In this document: piece after piece, positions 62,332 through 64,000 of the stretch
Position numbering within the stretch: position 1 is the first letter of the stretch
Layout of the letters: every line of letters starts with the position of its first letter
Assembly: GCA_905178155.1 (NCBI GenBank)
Contig: CAJINV010000011.1
Coordinates: 891,982-955,981 of the forward strand
Length of the DNA: 64,000 bases
Direction: 5' to 3'
Origin: Amoebophrya sp. A120
Lineage: Eukaryota > Protista > Dinoflagellata
Program-made: the position numbers and the translations under genes
The notes under the pieces: model-generated
The model's database searches: none
Seen by the model: only the letters and a program-made list of their open reading frames with translations
Told to the model about the DNA's origin: nothing

Positions 62332-62538
62332 TATCCTGAGCAAAAACGTACCCACACCAGAGTTCTAATGCAGATTTGCAAAGACAGGAAGACTTGTAAT
62401 GCGCATCCCCATGAGAGCCATTTTCAGTCGTGTTTTGGGATTTGTGATGCTGTGAACAGGATGAGCAGATGAATCTGTGATGCGGCTGCACTTGCTAACC
62501 TGCACTACAGTGCAGAGTGCAACTTGTCATGCGTGACT
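62332..62538. mobile_element. TIR introner, family E, reverse orientation relative to 5242, interrupted at 62538
   Basis: Begins GCACT-TATCCTGAG. Aligns with the reverse complement of 5242-5529 up to TGCAACTTGTCATGCGTGACT, then homology stops abruptly. Confidence 0.85.
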
Positions 62539-64000
62539 CACAGCGCATGGAGAAGCCCGGGACAAGCGCATAGACGCAGAAGGCAGTGGAGGTGGAGTTC
62601 GACTAATCTCGGCTCGCGCAGTCCGGCAGCGAGACGAACGGCGCACCAGCCCGAGCGGAGCCATGCAGAAATCGACCAGCAATGGTGGCGGAGCCCCGCA
62701 TGGACACCATGGTCGCCGTTGGCGATCACAATCTCGCCACCGAAAGCGAGGAAGAAGCGAGTCGCGCGAACGACAAGCCAAGCGACATAAGACCGGGGGG
62801 AGAACGGAAGCGACCACCGGACCGGTCGGCCACGGCGAAAGCATCCGACGGCCGGCCCAAACTACATCAGCCCAGCACAACCTGCCGAACGCCGCGCACG
62901 GGGATGTTGATCAGCCATCCGGCCAGCAGCACGGGACCAAACCACCCCTAACCAAGAAGGCCATCCAAGAACTAATTGACGAGGAAACGTATGAGGCGGA
63001 AAATGGAAACCCGGAGGGCGTCGACGCGTTACAACTGGCGCTCCGGTTGAGACGCAGGCTAAAGAAATCCGGCTGCCCGCAACGAAACATCCGAAGAGCG
63101 GTAGAGACCATTAGCCTAGGGCTGGAGGAAAACAGAAAACGCCTGCCGCAGGCCATCGAGCTGGCGCTGCAGCACGCCTACATGCCACCCGGCCAATCGT
63201 TCCCCGACCAGCAGGGGGCGCCTGCCGCAGGGGTAGCGGGGGCAGCGGAGGACTCGCCCGCTGAGTCCAGCAGCACCGGCGACAGCAGCACGGAGACGTC
63301 CTCTTCAGAGGAGGAAATAGTTGTTGGCGGAGACCCGAGCAGAGCTAGCAATCACGGAGTAAAAACAGAGGACGAGACGGCGGTAGGGGGAAATGCCTCA
63401 CGAGTAACTGCTACCGAGGAGAAGCGGGTGGTGGATGTCGACTTGACGGGCGAAGACAGTCAGTCGGGGGACCGCGACGGCGGCCCCACTACCGAGGGCG
63501 ACCCCCCCAGGGGCGACAAAAGGGGTGGCGAGCCCATCAACGAGAAGGCGGCCCTGCAGGAGCGGAGCGGAGCTAGAGCGCCGGCGAACGCAAACCCCTT
63601 GGCCCAGCCGTGGCCGCAGAGAACGGACCGGCCCCCCAAGGCTTCCGAAGCGCCCGGGCCCAGCGCGGACGACGTCGTGCGCAGCCTCGCGGAATCTCTA
63701 CCCAAAATCACAGCAGTGCAAGAGGACGCCTCACGTGCCGGGGAGCCAAGCAGTACAACCCTGTTTGGAGGACACGTTGCTGCAAAACTCGACAAGGAGC
63801 GTGCAGATAGAGCAGAAGAAAAGCGACAGCAACTCCTCGGCCGCCACCGGAGCTTCCAGACCGGGGAGGAAGAGACTGTTGTTGCGGGGGAGCTCGACCG
63901 GCACAAGGCGCGCGAGACGGCCGCACGCGTTCGGGGCATTGTCGCAGCAAATGGGGGTGGCGCACCAGCAGCACTACAGCGCCCGATCTTAGGCCTATTG
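62539..64000 (+). mobile_element. Nested insertion with an uninterrupted ORF (>=446 codons from ATG 62663) running off the window; probable mobile-element ORF
   Basis: No stop in this frame from 62537 to 64000. T-poor composition and frequent CTA/AGA codons differ from the neighbouring exons. No catalytic motif visible. Confidence 0.55.

Overview
Eukaryotic genomic DNA, not prokaryotic. About 18 protein-coding genes, all on the + strand, many with long low-complexity Ser/Thr/Gly inserts. Recognisable products: RPAP3-C-domain protein, ABCC/MRP transporter, GT61-like glycosyltransferase, family-16 methyltransferase, SnoaL-like ester cyclase, TPR-prefoldin fusion, PIG-P-like protein, C-type lectin and alpha-carbonic anhydrase. 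The main hidden structure is a set of 20 elements (19 complete, 153-321 bp), all inside coding sequence, built as [5-bp direct repeat]-TAT...ATA-[5-bp direct repeat] with terminal inverted repeats (TIRs) and a shared internal motif GCAWBACA. None has GT-AG ends in the inferred splice register, yet removing an element plus one repeat copy restores the reading frame every time. Four families occur in both orientations in same-strand genes. These are transposon-like non-canonical introns (introners). Together with the one-strand gene layout this resembles Amoebophrya (Syndiniales dinoflagellate); the taxon is my inference. Also present: a 1-kb TIR element in the methyltransferase gene, a 2.9-kb TIR element holding a ~68-bp minisatellite, and a long foreign-looking ORF nested in the last introner. 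Gene models were spliced by hand, without RNA data or database searches.
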